Under the pieces are notes generated by a model. The model saw nothing but the letters and a program-made list of their open reading frames with translations, did no database searches and was not told where the DNA came from. Both the position numbers and the translations under genes were made by a program. A DNA stretch of 64,000 nucleotides from Candidatus Sungiibacteriota bacterium (GTDB taxonomy: Bacteria; Patescibacteriota; Minisyncoccia; Sungbacterales; SURF-37): the NCBI GenBank assembly GCA_016186145.1, contig JACPMF010000009.1, positions 17,505-81,504 on the forward strand, written 5' to 3'. Each line of letters begins with the position of its first letter. Positions within the stretch are counted from its first letter, which is position 1. Below are positions 22,415 through 31,189 of this stretch, one piece after another.

Positions 22415-22636
22415 TTATAATGAAGCAACAAGCGCCCCGCGTCCAGTAAATCGTCGAGATATCTTTTTTAGTTTAATCGCTTCATCGGCTTCCGCTTCTT
22501 TTTTTTGCCATTCAGGAGTCCAAAACCACTTTTCGTCTAAATTAACCCTTACTGACTTTCTCCATTTAGAAAACGCCTCAAATTCTTTATGAGGAATCAA
22601 AACAAACTTTCCTTTTGGAATAGTGATAACAGTCAT
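22415..22636 (-). CDS. antitoxin-like protein, paralog of 24735-24968
   Basis: near-identical sequence; WFWTPEWQKKEAEAD. Confidence 0.8.
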   Translation of the reverse strand: MTVITIPKGKFVLIPHKEFEAFSKWRKSVRVNLDEKWFWTPEWQKKEAEADEAIKLKKISRRFTGRGALVASL

Positions 22637-22672
22637 GATTTTAGTATACATATAAACCGATAACAGTCAAAT

Positions 22673-22696
22673 AAAAAAGGAAGCGTGACGGCTTCC
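22673..22696 (-). terminator. array terminator, unit 3, abutting TTGACT..TATACT promoter
   Basis: GGAAGCCGTCACGCTTCCTTTTTTATTTGACT. Confidence 0.78.
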
Positions 22697-22932
22697 TAAG
22701 AATAACTTTGATCGCTTTTTACATACTGAATTACGTCGTCGACGTGTTTCCAAAGTCCTATGCTTAACCCAACACCAGTCACCGCTGCGATAGCACTGAA
22801 TCCAAACACGTTATTTTCACTTACTGCGAAAACTGCTAAACTGCCGAACACTAATACAATGACAAATTGTGCTACTGCGGCGAAAACTATTTCCGCCGTA
22901 ATCCTAGCCCTTCTTAACTTTGTACTCACCAT
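22696..22932 (-). CDS. small two-TM membrane protein (array cargo)
   Basis: two hydrophobic helices. Confidence 0.65.
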   Translation of the reverse strand: MVSTKLRRARITAEIVFAAVAQFVIVLVFGSLAVFAVSENNVFGFSAIAAVTGVGLSIGLWKHVDDVIQYVKSDQSYS

Positions 22933-22951
22933 TTGCCCCTTCCCTTTTTGA

Positions 22952-23281
22952 CTATCTTACCCGCATCCATGAACCGTCTTTCCTGCGGCGATATCTTCGC
23001 TTTTCATTTTGAACTAAAACTTTATCCATCTCCCGATCAGTGTTAACGCCCAAAATCTCAAGAAACCCGAGATCAAACACCATCAGATCAATTAAAGCGT
23101 TAATAACCTTACTGCGGTTTCCTCTCCTATGCGCGGCGGCAAGTTCTCCGAGCTCTTCGACAAGGTGGACAATCTCTTCACGCACACCATTCCGGCTTCT
23201 ACTAACATTAAAACCTTTTGCAACTTTATTTCGGTATATTCTTCGCTGCAGCAACTTAAGATGGCCGCACCCTTTGCTCAT
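22952..23281 (-). CDS. MazG-like pyrophosphatase (array cargo)
   Basis: HLVEELGELAAA..ALIDLMVF..NEKRRY. Confidence 0.7.
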   Translation of the reverse strand: MSKGCGHLKLLQRRIYRNKVAKGFNVSRSRNGVREEIVHLVEELGELAAAHRRGNRSKVINALIDLMVFDLGFLEILGVNTDREMDKVLVQNEKRRYRRRKDGSWMRVR

Positions 23282-23294
23282 TAACTAATCCTCC

Positions 23295-23411
23295 TTATAT
23301 CGTAAATTTCTTGCAAAGAGCTGTCACTTTCTTACTCGTACTATTTTTACTATTTCCTGTCAACGTTTCGTAAATCAACCCTGCAATTTCTTTCATCGCC
23401 TTTTCTTTCAT
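23295..23411 (-). pseudogene. divergent glyA 3' end (38 codons, in frame)
   Basis: MKEKAMKEIAGLIYETLTGNSKNSTSKKVTALCKKFTI*. Confidence 0.9.
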
Positions 23412-23509
23412 CCCGTTACAAAATTTACATAAGTCATTTACGAAATATAACCATTTTTAGTCTAAAAAAACAAAATTCAATCAAAGATCTTGTAAATTTT
23501 GTAACGGGA
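23411..23509. mobile_element. MITE variant TCCCGTTACAAAATTTACA..TGTAAATTTTGTAACGGGA
   Basis: 19-bp inverted repeat; TTCA/TTCG flanks. Confidence 0.8.
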
Positions 23510-23561
23510 TTCGTGCCTAACTGTTGTGGCAACGAACGGCGTCACAATATAAAGCCGGAGG

Positions 23562-23822
23562 TTATTGATAAATGTTGCTCGCACGGCGCAGTACTTCTTT
23601 AATTTCAACAACGCCTGCGCCAGTCCGTATGGAATAAAAGATGCGATAATTACCTACACGCCTCCGCCATAAATCATCTCTCTCGCCAATTTTAGCGATA
23701 TCTCCCAGCCACGGATCGATAACAAAATCGCGAAGCGCGTTTAATATACGTTCGCGATCGCGGATAGGTAGACGTTTGATTTGTTTTTTAACGCGTTTTG
23801 GTATGTGTACGACCCAGCTCAT
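23562..23822 (-). CDS. RelE/ParE family toxin
   Basis: KQIKRLP..DP..WRRRVGNYRIFY. Confidence 0.88.
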   Translation of the reverse strand: MSWVVHIPKRVKKQIKRLPIRDRERILNALRDFVIDPWLGDIAKIGERDDLWRRRVGNYRIFYSIRTGAGVVEIKEVLRRASNIYQ

Positions 23823-24024
23823 TTTCAAAATCTTCTAAAGTCACATAAGCGCCGTGCACCAGTTCCTTATCGCTTTTTTCAATGGCCCGCGCCTCTTTTT
23901 CGCTCAGTTTTACAACCGAAATAACCTTAGGCCGCCTACGAAGGAGTATTTCGTACTCTTTTCGGGGAATCACAACAAGGTCATCTTTACGAGCTAACTT
24001 TTTTGGAATAGTAATAATAGCCAT
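23788..24024 (-). CDS. putative antitoxin
   Basis: ITIPKKL..DLVVIPRKEYE; overlaps the toxin gene. Confidence 0.75.
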   Translation of the reverse strand: MAIITIPKKLARKDDLVVIPRKEYEILLRRRPKVISVVKLSEKEARAIEKSDKELVHGAYVTLEDFENELGRTHTKTR

Positions 24025-24062
24025 GAATAAAGCATACAAGAAACAACAATATAAAGTCAAAC

Positions 24063-24086
24063 AAAAAAGGAAGCGCGGCGGCCTCC
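24063..24086 (-). terminator. array terminator, unit 2, abutting TTGACT promoter
   Basis: GGAGGCCGCCGCGCTTCCTTTTTTGTTTGACT. Confidence 0.75.
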
Positions 24087-24092
24087 TAATAA

Positions 24093-24338
24093 TCAAAGAT
24101 CTTTTTTAGTATTCAAACCCCTTTTAAAAACCAACATTCCCATAAAAACGGCCCAGACACCTACTAATGTTCCAAAAGTCTGCCAAAGAAACTCACTGGA
24201 GTAAACAGAACCTCTATGCCGTAAAATGTAAATCCCCCCTCCGGACAGAGACATGCCGAAAATCATTAAAAGAAACCAAACAGTCCCCAATAAAAATATA
24301 GTCGTACCACTATAAATTCCGAGCCTCCTCATGGTCAT
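24093..24338 (-). CDS. small two-TM membrane protein (array cargo)
   Basis: two hydrophobic helices; GGAGGG RBS after the glyA fragment. Confidence 0.65.
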   Translation of the reverse strand: MTMRRLGIYSGTTIFLLGTVWFLLMIFGMSLSGGGIYILRHRGSVYSSEFLWQTFGTLVGVWAVFMGMLVFKRGLNTKKDL

Positions 24339-24350
24339 GGTCAAACCCTC

Positions 24351-24466
24351 CTATATTGAAAATTTTCTGCAAAGAACTTTAACTCTCATACTCGTAGCAC
24401 GGAGGTTATGCATCGTCAACGCTTGATAAATCAGCCAGCGATTTCTTTCATCTGTTTTTCTTTCAC
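24351..24466 (-). pseudogene. divergent glyA 3' end with 1-nt deletion
   Basis: VKEKQMKEIAG/IYQALTMHNLRATSMRVKVLCRKFSI*; 116 nt versus 117 nt. Confidence 0.85.
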
Positions 24467-24471
24467 CCGCC

Positions 24472-24732
24472 TCATTTCCTTTCGCGGTTCAAAATATCAT
24501 GGGTACCTGCGCGGCGAAGAATTATCGTTTGGTTATCAAGTTGAAAAGTGAAACGATACCCGCGGCTTATACGCGCATACCAAATCTCTGTGCCGGGAAG
24601 TTTCTTTGCGCGAAGTGAAGAATGCCGAATGTTTTCTAATAAAAATCCGAGCGCCTTGCCAAGCGCTCGTTGAATATTCTGCGGCAAATCTTTATAGTCT
24701 CTTTTAAACGGCCCCGTATAGACAATCTCCAT
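24472..24732 (-). CDS. RelE-like mRNA interferase toxin
   Basis: YTGPFKRDYKDL..SLRAKKL..ARISRGYRFTF..GTHD. Confidence 0.88.
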   Translation of the reverse strand: MEIVYTGPFKRDYKDLPQNIQRALGKALGFLLENIRHSSLRAKKLPGTEIWYARISRGYRFTFQLDNQTIILRRAGTHDILNRERK

Positions 24733-24734
24733 TT

Positions 24735-24968
24735 CTATTTACGCTTTAGTGAAGCAACAAGCGCATTGTGTTTAGTAAATCGCCGGGACATTTTTTTTCG
24801 TTTAATCGCTTCATCAGCCTCGGCTTCTTTTTTTTGCCACTCCGGAAACCAAAACCATTGTTCATCCAAATTAACCCGTACTGACTTTCTCCATCTAGAA
24901 AACGCTTCAAATTCTTCGTGAGGAATCAGAACAAATTTCCCTTTTGGAATAGTAATAATTTTATTCAT
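24735..24968 (-). CDS. antitoxin-like protein
   Basis: QWFWFPEWQKKEAEADEAI; directly upstream of the toxin. Confidence 0.8.
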   Translation of the reverse strand: MNKIITIPKGKFVLIPHEEFEAFSRWRKSVRVNLDEQWFWFPEWQKKEAEADEAIKRKKMSRRFTKHNALVASLKRK

Positions 24969-25009
24969 AGATATTTTATTATACCGAAAATATGAACTAA
25001 AAGTCAAAC

Positions 25010-25036
25010 AAAAAAGGAAGCACGATAACTGCTTCC
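25010..25036 (-). terminator. array terminator, unit 1, abutting TTGACT-N18-TATAAT promoter
   Basis: GGAAGCAGTTATCGTGCTTCCTTTTTTGTTTGACT. Confidence 0.78.
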
Positions 25037-25350
25037 TATGTTTCTGGACAATAAAGTTTTGTTTCTATGCCGTTGAAAAAGCCTGCGCCCTTCCCGACCC
25101 CCGGACCATCTTGATACCAAAATATAATCTCCCAGTAACCCTTGGCGATATTCTCAAATCGGGCCACACCGTTAACAGGTTTTACATCTAAAATCGCGCC
25201 TGTACTCTGGATAGAAATTAGTTCAACCCCGGCATCATCATCTACGCAGACAACCAAGTTGGTCGTAACGAAATACCGATCGTAAACCCCCAGCCCAATC
25301 GCACCAAGAAACGCTGCTATCAAAACCACGAAAACCCACTTCCCCCACAT
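25036..25350 (-). CDS. membrane-anchored small beta-rich protein (array cargo)
   Basis: N-terminal TM; NGVARFEN resembles NGVVLFKE of 21911-22225; GGGAGG RBS. Confidence 0.7.
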   Translation of the reverse strand: MWGKWVFVVLIAAFLGAIGLGVYDRYFVTTNLVVCVDDDAGVELISIQSTGAILDVKPVNGVARFENIAKGYWEIIFWYQDGPGVGKGAGFFNGIETKLYCPET

Positions 25351-25361
25351 TGTTGCCTCCC

Positions 25362-26603
25362 TTATATATATTTGAAACTCCTGCAAAGAACTTTAACTTT
25401 CTTATTAGTATCACTCTGGCTGTTTCCGGTCAATGCTTCAAAAATCAACCTCGCAACCTCTTTCATTTCTTTTTCTTTCATGCCGCGGGTCGTAATTGAC
25501 GGCGTGCCGATACGAATACCAGAAGGGTCAAAGGGTGAGCGCGCATCATACGGAATAGTGTTGCGATTGACAATAATTCCAACTTGCTCAAGCCGGTCCT
25601 GTGCTTCTCTACCGGAAATACCAAGTTTGGTGACATCAACCAACATCAAGTGGTTGTCGGTTCCGCCGGATATAATTTCCAAACCTAATTCTTGCAGTTC
25701 ATGCGCGAGTATTTTTGCGTTTTTTACAATTTGTCTTCCGTACTTCTTAAACGCGGGCATCATCGCCTCGCCAAGCGCTACGGCAATTGCGGCAGTCTGA
25801 TTATCATGCGGCCCGCCTTGCAGAGCCGGAAAAATTGCTTTATCAATTTCTTTGGCAATATCAACTTTATTGATAGCGGCTATCTTTGACTTTGTATTAA
25901 CAAAAATCATAGCCCCTCTCGGGCCGCGCAAGGTTTTATGCGTCGTAGTGGTTGCCACATCAACATACGGAAATGGTGAAGGGTGCGCGCCAGCCGCAAT
26001 CAAACCGGCAATATGGGCGATATCTGCCATCAAATACGCCCCGACCTCATCGGCTATTTTGCGGAATTTTTTAAAATCAATAATTCGAGAATAAGCCGTC
26101 GCTCCGCAAACGATAATCTTTGGTTTTTCTTTTTGCGCAATTTTTCTGACATCATTATAGTCAACATAGCCATCGCGCCCAACCCCGTATTGCACTGACT
26201 TCCAAAATCTAGCGGTTGCCGAAACTTTCCAACCGTGGGTGAGATGGCCGCCAAAAGGCAAAGACATTCCCATTATTTTTTCACCGTCTTTCAAAAGCGC
26301 GTAATACACGGCAAAGTTTGCGGGTGAACCCGAATACGGCTGGACGTTCACGTGCCAATTTTTACCAAGCCGAAAGACTTTGCGAGCGCGTTCTTGGGCG
26401 AGCAGCTCAATTTCGTCAACAACATTATTTCCCGCATAATATCGTTTCCCGGGATATCCCTCGGAATATTTATTCGTGAGCGGGGAGCCCAGCGCTTCCA
26501 AAACCGCCGCCGAAACGATATTTTCAGAAGGAATCAAATCAAGCGTCCACTGCTGGCGCTTGATTTCGTCGCGGATCAGATTAAAAATTATGCGGTCAGA
26601 CAT
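25362..26603 (-). CDS. glyA: serine hydroxymethyltransferase
   Basis: LIPSEN, NKYSEGYPGKRYY, GGHLTHG, TTTHKTLRGPRG. Confidence 0.98.
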   Translation of the reverse strand: MSDRIIFNLIRDEIKRQQWTLDLIPSENIVSAAVLEALGSPLTNKYSEGYPGKRYYAGNNVVDEIELLAQERARKVFRLGKNWHVNVQPYSGSPANFAVYYALLKDGEKIMGMSLPFGGHLTHGWKVSATARFWKSVQYGVGRDGYVDYNDVRKIAQKEKPKIIVCGATAYSRIIDFKKFRKIADEVGAYLMADIAHIAGLIAAGAHPSPFPYVDVATTTTHKTLRGPRGAMIFVNTKSKIAAINKVDIAKEIDKAIFPALQGGPHDNQTAAIAVALGEAMMPAFKKYGRQIVKNAKILAHELQELGLEIISGGTDNHLMLVDVTKLGISGREAQDRLEQVGIIVNRNTIPYDARSPFDPSGIRIGTPSITTRGMKEKEMKEVARLIFEALTGNSQSDTNKKVKVLCRSFKYI

Positions 26604-26707
26604 TTTCCTTATTTTGCCACTGAAATAAAACAAAGTAAATATTGACGCCAAACAAAACCGCGCTATTATTTATTTAAAATGTTCTTTACCAAATAAAGGA
26701 GGCGGCT

Positions 26708-26932
26708 ATGAGCTTGAAAGTGTATATCGTGGTCTTCAGTGACGGTATCGGTCAAAAGGCCTGCGAAATTGCCGCGCGCGATGAAGCCGAAGCAATAAAG
26801 CTTGTCCGTGAAGATCCCTATTCGGCAGGAGCCAAGGATATTCATGTTTTAGGCGAACTCAAAAACCCAGTAATGCTTCGCTGGTTGCCATACATTCCTT
26901 CAAAATCATGGGTGGAACGCCGCAATGGATAA
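26708..26932 (+). CDS. hypothetical protein
   Basis: AAGGAGG RBS; coupled to the next gene. Confidence 0.65.
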   Translation: MSLKVYIVVFSDGIGQKACEIAARDEAEAIKLVREDPYSAGAKDIHVLGELKNPVMLRWLPYIPSKSWVERRNG

Positions 26933-27707
26933 AACACGAAATGGTTCTTCTCCTATGGTTTTTGTCTTTGACGGCGACGACACGCTATGGATGAACGAAT
27001 GGCAGTACTCCCAAACCTACGCCGACTTTTTCAGCTATCTCTATGCAACACTCGGCGACAGAACGCCAAATTTCCACTATATCCGCGAACGATATTTTCA
27101 AATAGAGGGAGAGCTTTACAAGACATGTGGTGTTCGCCGAGGCAGGGTTGCCGAAGCAATGGCATGCCTTCATAAAGAAATTTGCGCATGGATAGAATGG
27201 CGATGGAACGAGAATTTATACAGGGAAGAAGACGAAGAAGAAATCCGAAAAATCGGCGACCAGCCGTTTGACTACACAAAACTGCGTTGGGTGCCGGGTG
27301 CTGAAAAAACACTACAAACCTTAAAAGCGGCTGGGCATAAACTTTGTTTCCTTTCAAGTTACGACAGTGCGGTTTTCCCGAAACGGGCCGGGTTTCTTTG
27401 GTTATCACGATTTTTCGGCCCTGAAAGAATCCGTACCACTGAATACAGAAAAAATAAAGAAGATTTTATCGCGGTAAGCGGTTGGACACCAAACGATACT
27501 AGTACATACTATGCCGTAGGAAACAGCGAAAGCGATATTCTGCCGGCGCTTGAAATCAACGATACATGGCGAGGCATTTATATACCATATGGATCAACTT
27601 CAAAATTCTTCGCTGCTAGAGATGCTATAAATTTCTTGGCGCAACCAATGGACCATCCGCGCGTTACAACCATTAAATCCATTGCTGAACTCCTTAGTAT
27701 TTTATAA
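26925..27707 (+). CDS. HAD-family hydrolase
   Basis: FDGDDTLW, VGNS..SDILPA. Confidence 0.88.
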   Translation: MDKTRNGSSPMVFVFDGDDTLWMNEWQYSQTYADFFSYLYATLGDRTPNFHYIRERYFQIEGELYKTCGVRRGRVAEAMACLHKEICAWIEWRWNENLYREEDEEEIRKIGDQPFDYTKLRWVPGAEKTLQTLKAAGHKLCFLSSYDSAVFPKRAGFLWLSRFFGPERIRTTEYRKNKEDFIAVSGWTPNDTSTYYAVGNSESDILPALEINDTWRGIYIPYGSTSKFFAARDAINFLAQPMDHPRVTTIKSIAELLSIL

Positions 27708-27750
27708 ATCCAAAGACCGTTTGTCACAACGGTCTTTTTAAAAAATTCAA

Positions 27751-27788
27751 ACATAACATTAACTGTCCGATCGGACAGTTAATGTTAT
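27751..27788. repeat. perfect palindrome between convergent genes
   Basis: CATAACATTAACTGTCCGA|TCGGACAGTTAATGTTATG. Confidence 0.8.
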
Positions 27789-27801
27789 GGATTGAAACTT
27801 A

Positions 27802-28431
27802 TCAACTAAGAAGGTCTCTAACGGTTTCTACAAATTCCTTTTTGTGATTAGAATTTTTAACCAAATCCAGTTTGTCGGTATTCACCGAGACGATACGGAA
27901 CTTATACTCCCCCTTGGTCCACTCTTGCTGCAAACGATGAAGGGTTTCTAAATAAATGGGATCCACCTCTGTCTCAAAGCCGCGAGCGCGTTTTTGTATC
28001 CGCTGTTTTAAAACAGGCAGAGAAGCTTCAAGGTTGATGATAAGATCCGGCTTAGGAAGATTTTTTGCAAGAAGAGAATTGAAAAACTTCTGATAAAGAG
28101 AAAACTCTATTTCTGACATCCGCCCGAGAATTTTTTGCGCTTTGGCGTATGTGAAGTTGTCCTGGTATACAAACGAATCCTGAATTACGCTTTGCTCGGC
28201 CAAAAGTGATGCCATGTGTTCAAGCTGCCGAACCCGGTCTTCTAAAAAAAATAGCTGCAAAGAAAAAGCCCACCGCGCCGGGTCTTTATAAAAAAGCGGG
28301 AGGAACGCATTCTCATTAACAGTCTCTTCCAAAACGTGAAATCCGAGCTCCTGCTTCAAAAGATTGCAAGCAGTGGTCTTTCCCGACCCCATAATGCCGG
28401 TTAGGGCAATGAAATAATTTTTTTTCTGCAT
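27802..28431 (-). CDS. deoxynucleoside kinase
   Basis: GIMGSGKTT, FYKDPARWAFSLQLFFL, RIQKRAR. Confidence 0.92.
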   Translation of the reverse strand: MQKKNYFIALTGIMGSGKTTACNLLKQELGFHVLEETVNENAFLPLFYKDPARWAFSLQLFFLEDRVRQLEHMASLLAEQSVIQDSFVYQDNFTYAKAQKILGRMSEIEFSLYQKFFNSLLAKNLPKPDLIINLEASLPVLKQRIQKRARGFETEVDPIYLETLHRLQQEWTKGEYKFRIVSVNTDKLDLVKNSNHKKEFVETVRDLLS

Positions 28432-28436
28432 GCCAT

Positions 28437-28934
28437 TTAAAAATTATCAGTAGTTCGCCGCAACACAATAAAAGTGTACGGGTAGATATTTTTCTCACCC
28501 GGCCCGTAATTTTCACAAAAAATTTCTTGCCACCCTTTCCTTGAAAACTCCGGAAAGTATGTGTCGCCTTCAAAATCGTGATCTACCAGAGTGAGGTACA
28601 TGCGCGTTGCTCGTGGCAGAAAAAGTTTATAAATCTCTCCGCCGCCTATAACCATTGCTTCTTCATATCCATTGCACTTTTGAAGCGCCTCGTCTACAGA
28701 ATGTACTACTATACACCCTTCTTGCAAGTAACTTTTGTCCCGAGTCAAAATTATATTGACACGTTCGGGTAGCGGCCTGCCGATTGACTCATAAGTTTTC
28801 CGGCCCATGATAATCGGCTTGCCAATGGTGAGTTCACGAAAGCGCTTCATGTCAGCCGACAATTTCCAGAGCATAGTATTGCCCTTTCCGATTACATTAT
28901 TTTTGGCGATGGCGGCGATTAGAGAAATAATCAT
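28437..28934 (-). CDS. folA: dihydrofolate reductase
   Basis: IMGRKTYESIGRPLPER, IGGGEIY, GDTYFP. Confidence 0.97.
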   Translation of the reverse strand: MIISLIAAIAKNNVIGKGNTMLWKLSADMKRFRELTIGKPIIMGRKTYESIGRPLPERVNIILTRDKSYLQEGCIVVHSVDEALQKCNGYEEAMVIGGGEIYKLFLPRATRMYLTLVDHDFEGDTYFPEFSRKGWQEIFCENYGPGEKNIYPYTFIVLRRTTDNF

Positions 28935-28949
28935 TTAACCAACAAAATA

Positions 28950-29105
28950 CTAACTTCTAAATCCCTGCCTGCGCGCGACGCGCGGGTAGGCGAAATCCTA
29001 AACAAATTCTAAACCACAAATTTTTAAATCCAAAACATGTTTGGAATTTAGAGTTTGTGAATTGTGATTTGTTTAGGATTTAAAGTTTAGGGCTTATGGT
29101 TTTAT
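28950..29105. repeat. heptamer-based palindromic intergenic element
   Basis: AAATCCTAAACAAATTC..GATTTGTTTAGGATTT; same family as the insertion at 8298-8475. Confidence 0.7.
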
Positions 29106-29108
29106 AAA

Positions 29109-29930
29109 TTACACTGCCATCGGCGCTTTAATCGCCGGATGCGACTCATAATCAACAAGCTGAATATCGTCCATAGTGAAACTGTCTATATCTTTTACTT
29201 CTGGTTTAAGCCGCAATTTTGACAACGGAAATGTTTCGCGTCCTAATTGCTCTTTAACTTGATCAAAGTGGTTATGGTAAATATGGGAATCGCCAAGTGT
29301 ATGAATAAATTCTCCCGGAGTCAAACCCGCAACTTGCGCGACCATGTGTAAAAGCAAGGAGTAAGAAGCGATATTAAAAGGTACTCCCAAAAACATATCG
29401 CACGAGCGCTGGTACATCTGGAGCGACAGTCTTCCGTCTGCAACATAAAACTGTGAAAAGGCATGGCACGGCGGAAGAGCCATCTGATCAATTTCTCCGG
29501 GATTCCACGCAGTCAAAATAAGACGCCGGTCATGCGGGTCTTTTTTAATTCGCTCTATGACATCTTTGATCTGGTCTATTTCTCTGCCATCCGGGGCTCT
29601 CCATGATCTCCATTGAACGCCGTATATCCTACCGACATCTCCATTAAAACGAGCTTTCGGTTTCCAGTACGGCGCCTCGGCATTTGCATCCCAAATACGC
29701 GCGCCAAGCTCATTTAATTTTTTTACATCGGAACTGCCCTGCAAAAACCACAAAAGCTCGGCCTTAACTGGATTAAAAGCAAGTTTTTTGGTGGTTATCG
29801 CCGGAAAACCATCGCTCATCTTGTACCTCATCTGCATTCCAAAAACCGCTCTGGTCGGAATTCCTGTCCGATTCGGCTTATCAACACCGTTTTCAAGAAT
29901 ATATTTTAGTGAATCGAGGTATTGTTTCAT
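29109..29930 (-). CDS. thyA: thymidylate synthase
   Basis: YGVQWRSW, MALPPCH, QRSCDMFLGVPFNIASY; start MKQYL. Confidence 0.97.
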   Translation of the reverse strand: MKQYLDSLKYILENGVDKPNRTGIPTRAVFGMQMRYKMSDGFPAITTKKLAFNPVKAELLWFLQGSSDVKKLNELGARIWDANAEAPYWKPKARFNGDVGRIYGVQWRSWRAPDGREIDQIKDVIERIKKDPHDRRLILTAWNPGEIDQMALPPCHAFSQFYVADGRLSLQMYQRSCDMFLGVPFNIASYSLLLHMVAQVAGLTPGEFIHTLGDSHIYHNHFDQVKEQLGRETFPLSKLRLKPEVKDIDSFTMDDIQLVDYESHPAIKAPMAV

Positions 29931-30401
29931 GCGAATTTTATCCCGCAACTTCCGCGACCGAAGGGAGCGCGAGGTTGGCGAGGACCCCGCACCTCCCGAA
30001 CTGCTGACTCGGTAAAATTCAGAGTCAGTATCGCGGAAGTACGGGACCGCGCACTCAAACCTCACTTCGTTCGGGATGGTGCGGTGGTTTACGAGCATTA
30101 GCGAGTAACTATAAAATTCATCCCGTTAGAAGCAGATCGCGATCAAACAGTTGTCTTCTGCGTAGATTTTATTCATTTCTACTATTGTAAGGTATTAGCC
30201 TTTTAAAATTCGGTAGCGATCGCGGCTTCTAACGGGATTCAGCACCCAGCACATAAATTTACAGTCGTCGTTTAGGGTATTTCAAGGTTATTTCATCAGC
30301 CCCGTGATTAAAATTATCCGACGGATGTAAATTTATGTGCTGGGTGAAGGTTTTGTAACTAAAATTTCATCGCCTGCGGCTCGAAATTTTAGACAAAGCC
30401 C
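29931..30401 (-). repeat. composite intergenic hairpin element, copy B, with nested insertions
   Basis: same arms as copies A and C; supplies the dcd stop codon. Confidence 0.8.
30121..30237. mobile_element. 117-bp MITE with TTCA target duplication
   Basis: TCCCGTTAGAAGC..GCTTCTAACGGGA flanked by TTCA. Confidence 0.85.
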
Positions 30402-31069
30402 TTCACCTCCCAATCTTTATGCATCTGCGGAATCATCATGTGCGGATTCCATGACTTTTTAACTTCTTCTATCTCTTGGGACAACTGATATTTCCCGCCT
30501 TCCCCAACATAATCCGGCGCTGTCTTCAACGGCTCGACTTCATAAAAAACCATCTGGCCGATTCTCCGGCCAACAACAAGCGGTATGGTAAAATATTGAG
30601 AATTATTGGTAACCTCCATAGTCCAGCGATTGAAATAACCGATATCGCCCCATCCGGCATCTTTGCAAACCTCGACAAAATTCCTGCCAAGCGAAGACCG
30701 GGCATACATTTTGCCGACGACCTTATGCCGGCCGCCGATGAATTCGAGCGTGTGAGCAAGGACGGTCTCCCCAGGCCTTAATAAAATCACTTTTTCGTCG
30801 GGTTTAATGTTTTTGAGCCCAACTCCGGTCCGGCTTGACACACCTTCAGCAAGTTCTGCCTGATACGGACCTGACCAAACGCGCTTGGTGGACTCTTCGT
30901 CGTAAAGATTGTGCAAAGTGGCCCCCCCATCAGGATGTTTTTCTTTCCAATACCAATCGCCGAGCGTAACATCATAGCTCGTTGTCTTAAGTTTCCGCCC
31001 GTCAAAAGGATCAACAACTATCGTCCCTCCTTTAATGTGCCGTAAAATTGCGTCGCGAGATAACAACAT
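30389..31069 (-). CDS. dcd: dCTP deaminase
   Basis: SYDVTLG, ARSSLGR, GDIGY..TME, IGQMVF. Confidence 0.88.
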   Translation of the reverse strand: MLLSRDAILRHIKGGTIVVDPFDGRKLKTTSYDVTLGDWYWKEKHPDGGATLHNLYDEESTKRVWSGPYQAELAEGVSSRTGVGLKNIKPDEKVILLRPGETVLAHTLEFIGGRHKVVGKMYARSSLGRNFVEVCKDAGWGDIGYFNRWTMEVTNNSQYFTIPLVVGRRIGQMVFYEVEPLKTAPDYVGEGGKYQLSQEIEEVKKSWNPHMMIPQMHKDWEVKGFV

Positions 31070-31189
31070 ACTATTCTACAAAAAAATATGAACCAATATG
31101 AATATACAAATAACAGATTGTATTCATAATACTTGCCCAACCCCATTTATGCAATTAAACGTGTGAATAAAAAAACAGCCTCGTGGCTG

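Noticed and set aside
20931-25490. CRISPR array or classical integron
   Set aside because: Units are about 1 kb with ~117-bp coding-derived repeats; no cas genes, no intI and no recognisable attC sites.
22239-25490. Diversity-generating retroelement template/variable repeat pair
   Set aside because: No reverse transcriptase in the window, and differences among the glyA tails are not confined to adenines.
29931-30098. 56-aa N-terminal extension of ThyA
   Set aside because: It is read-through of a palindromic repeat; the canonical MKQYL start is at 29930.
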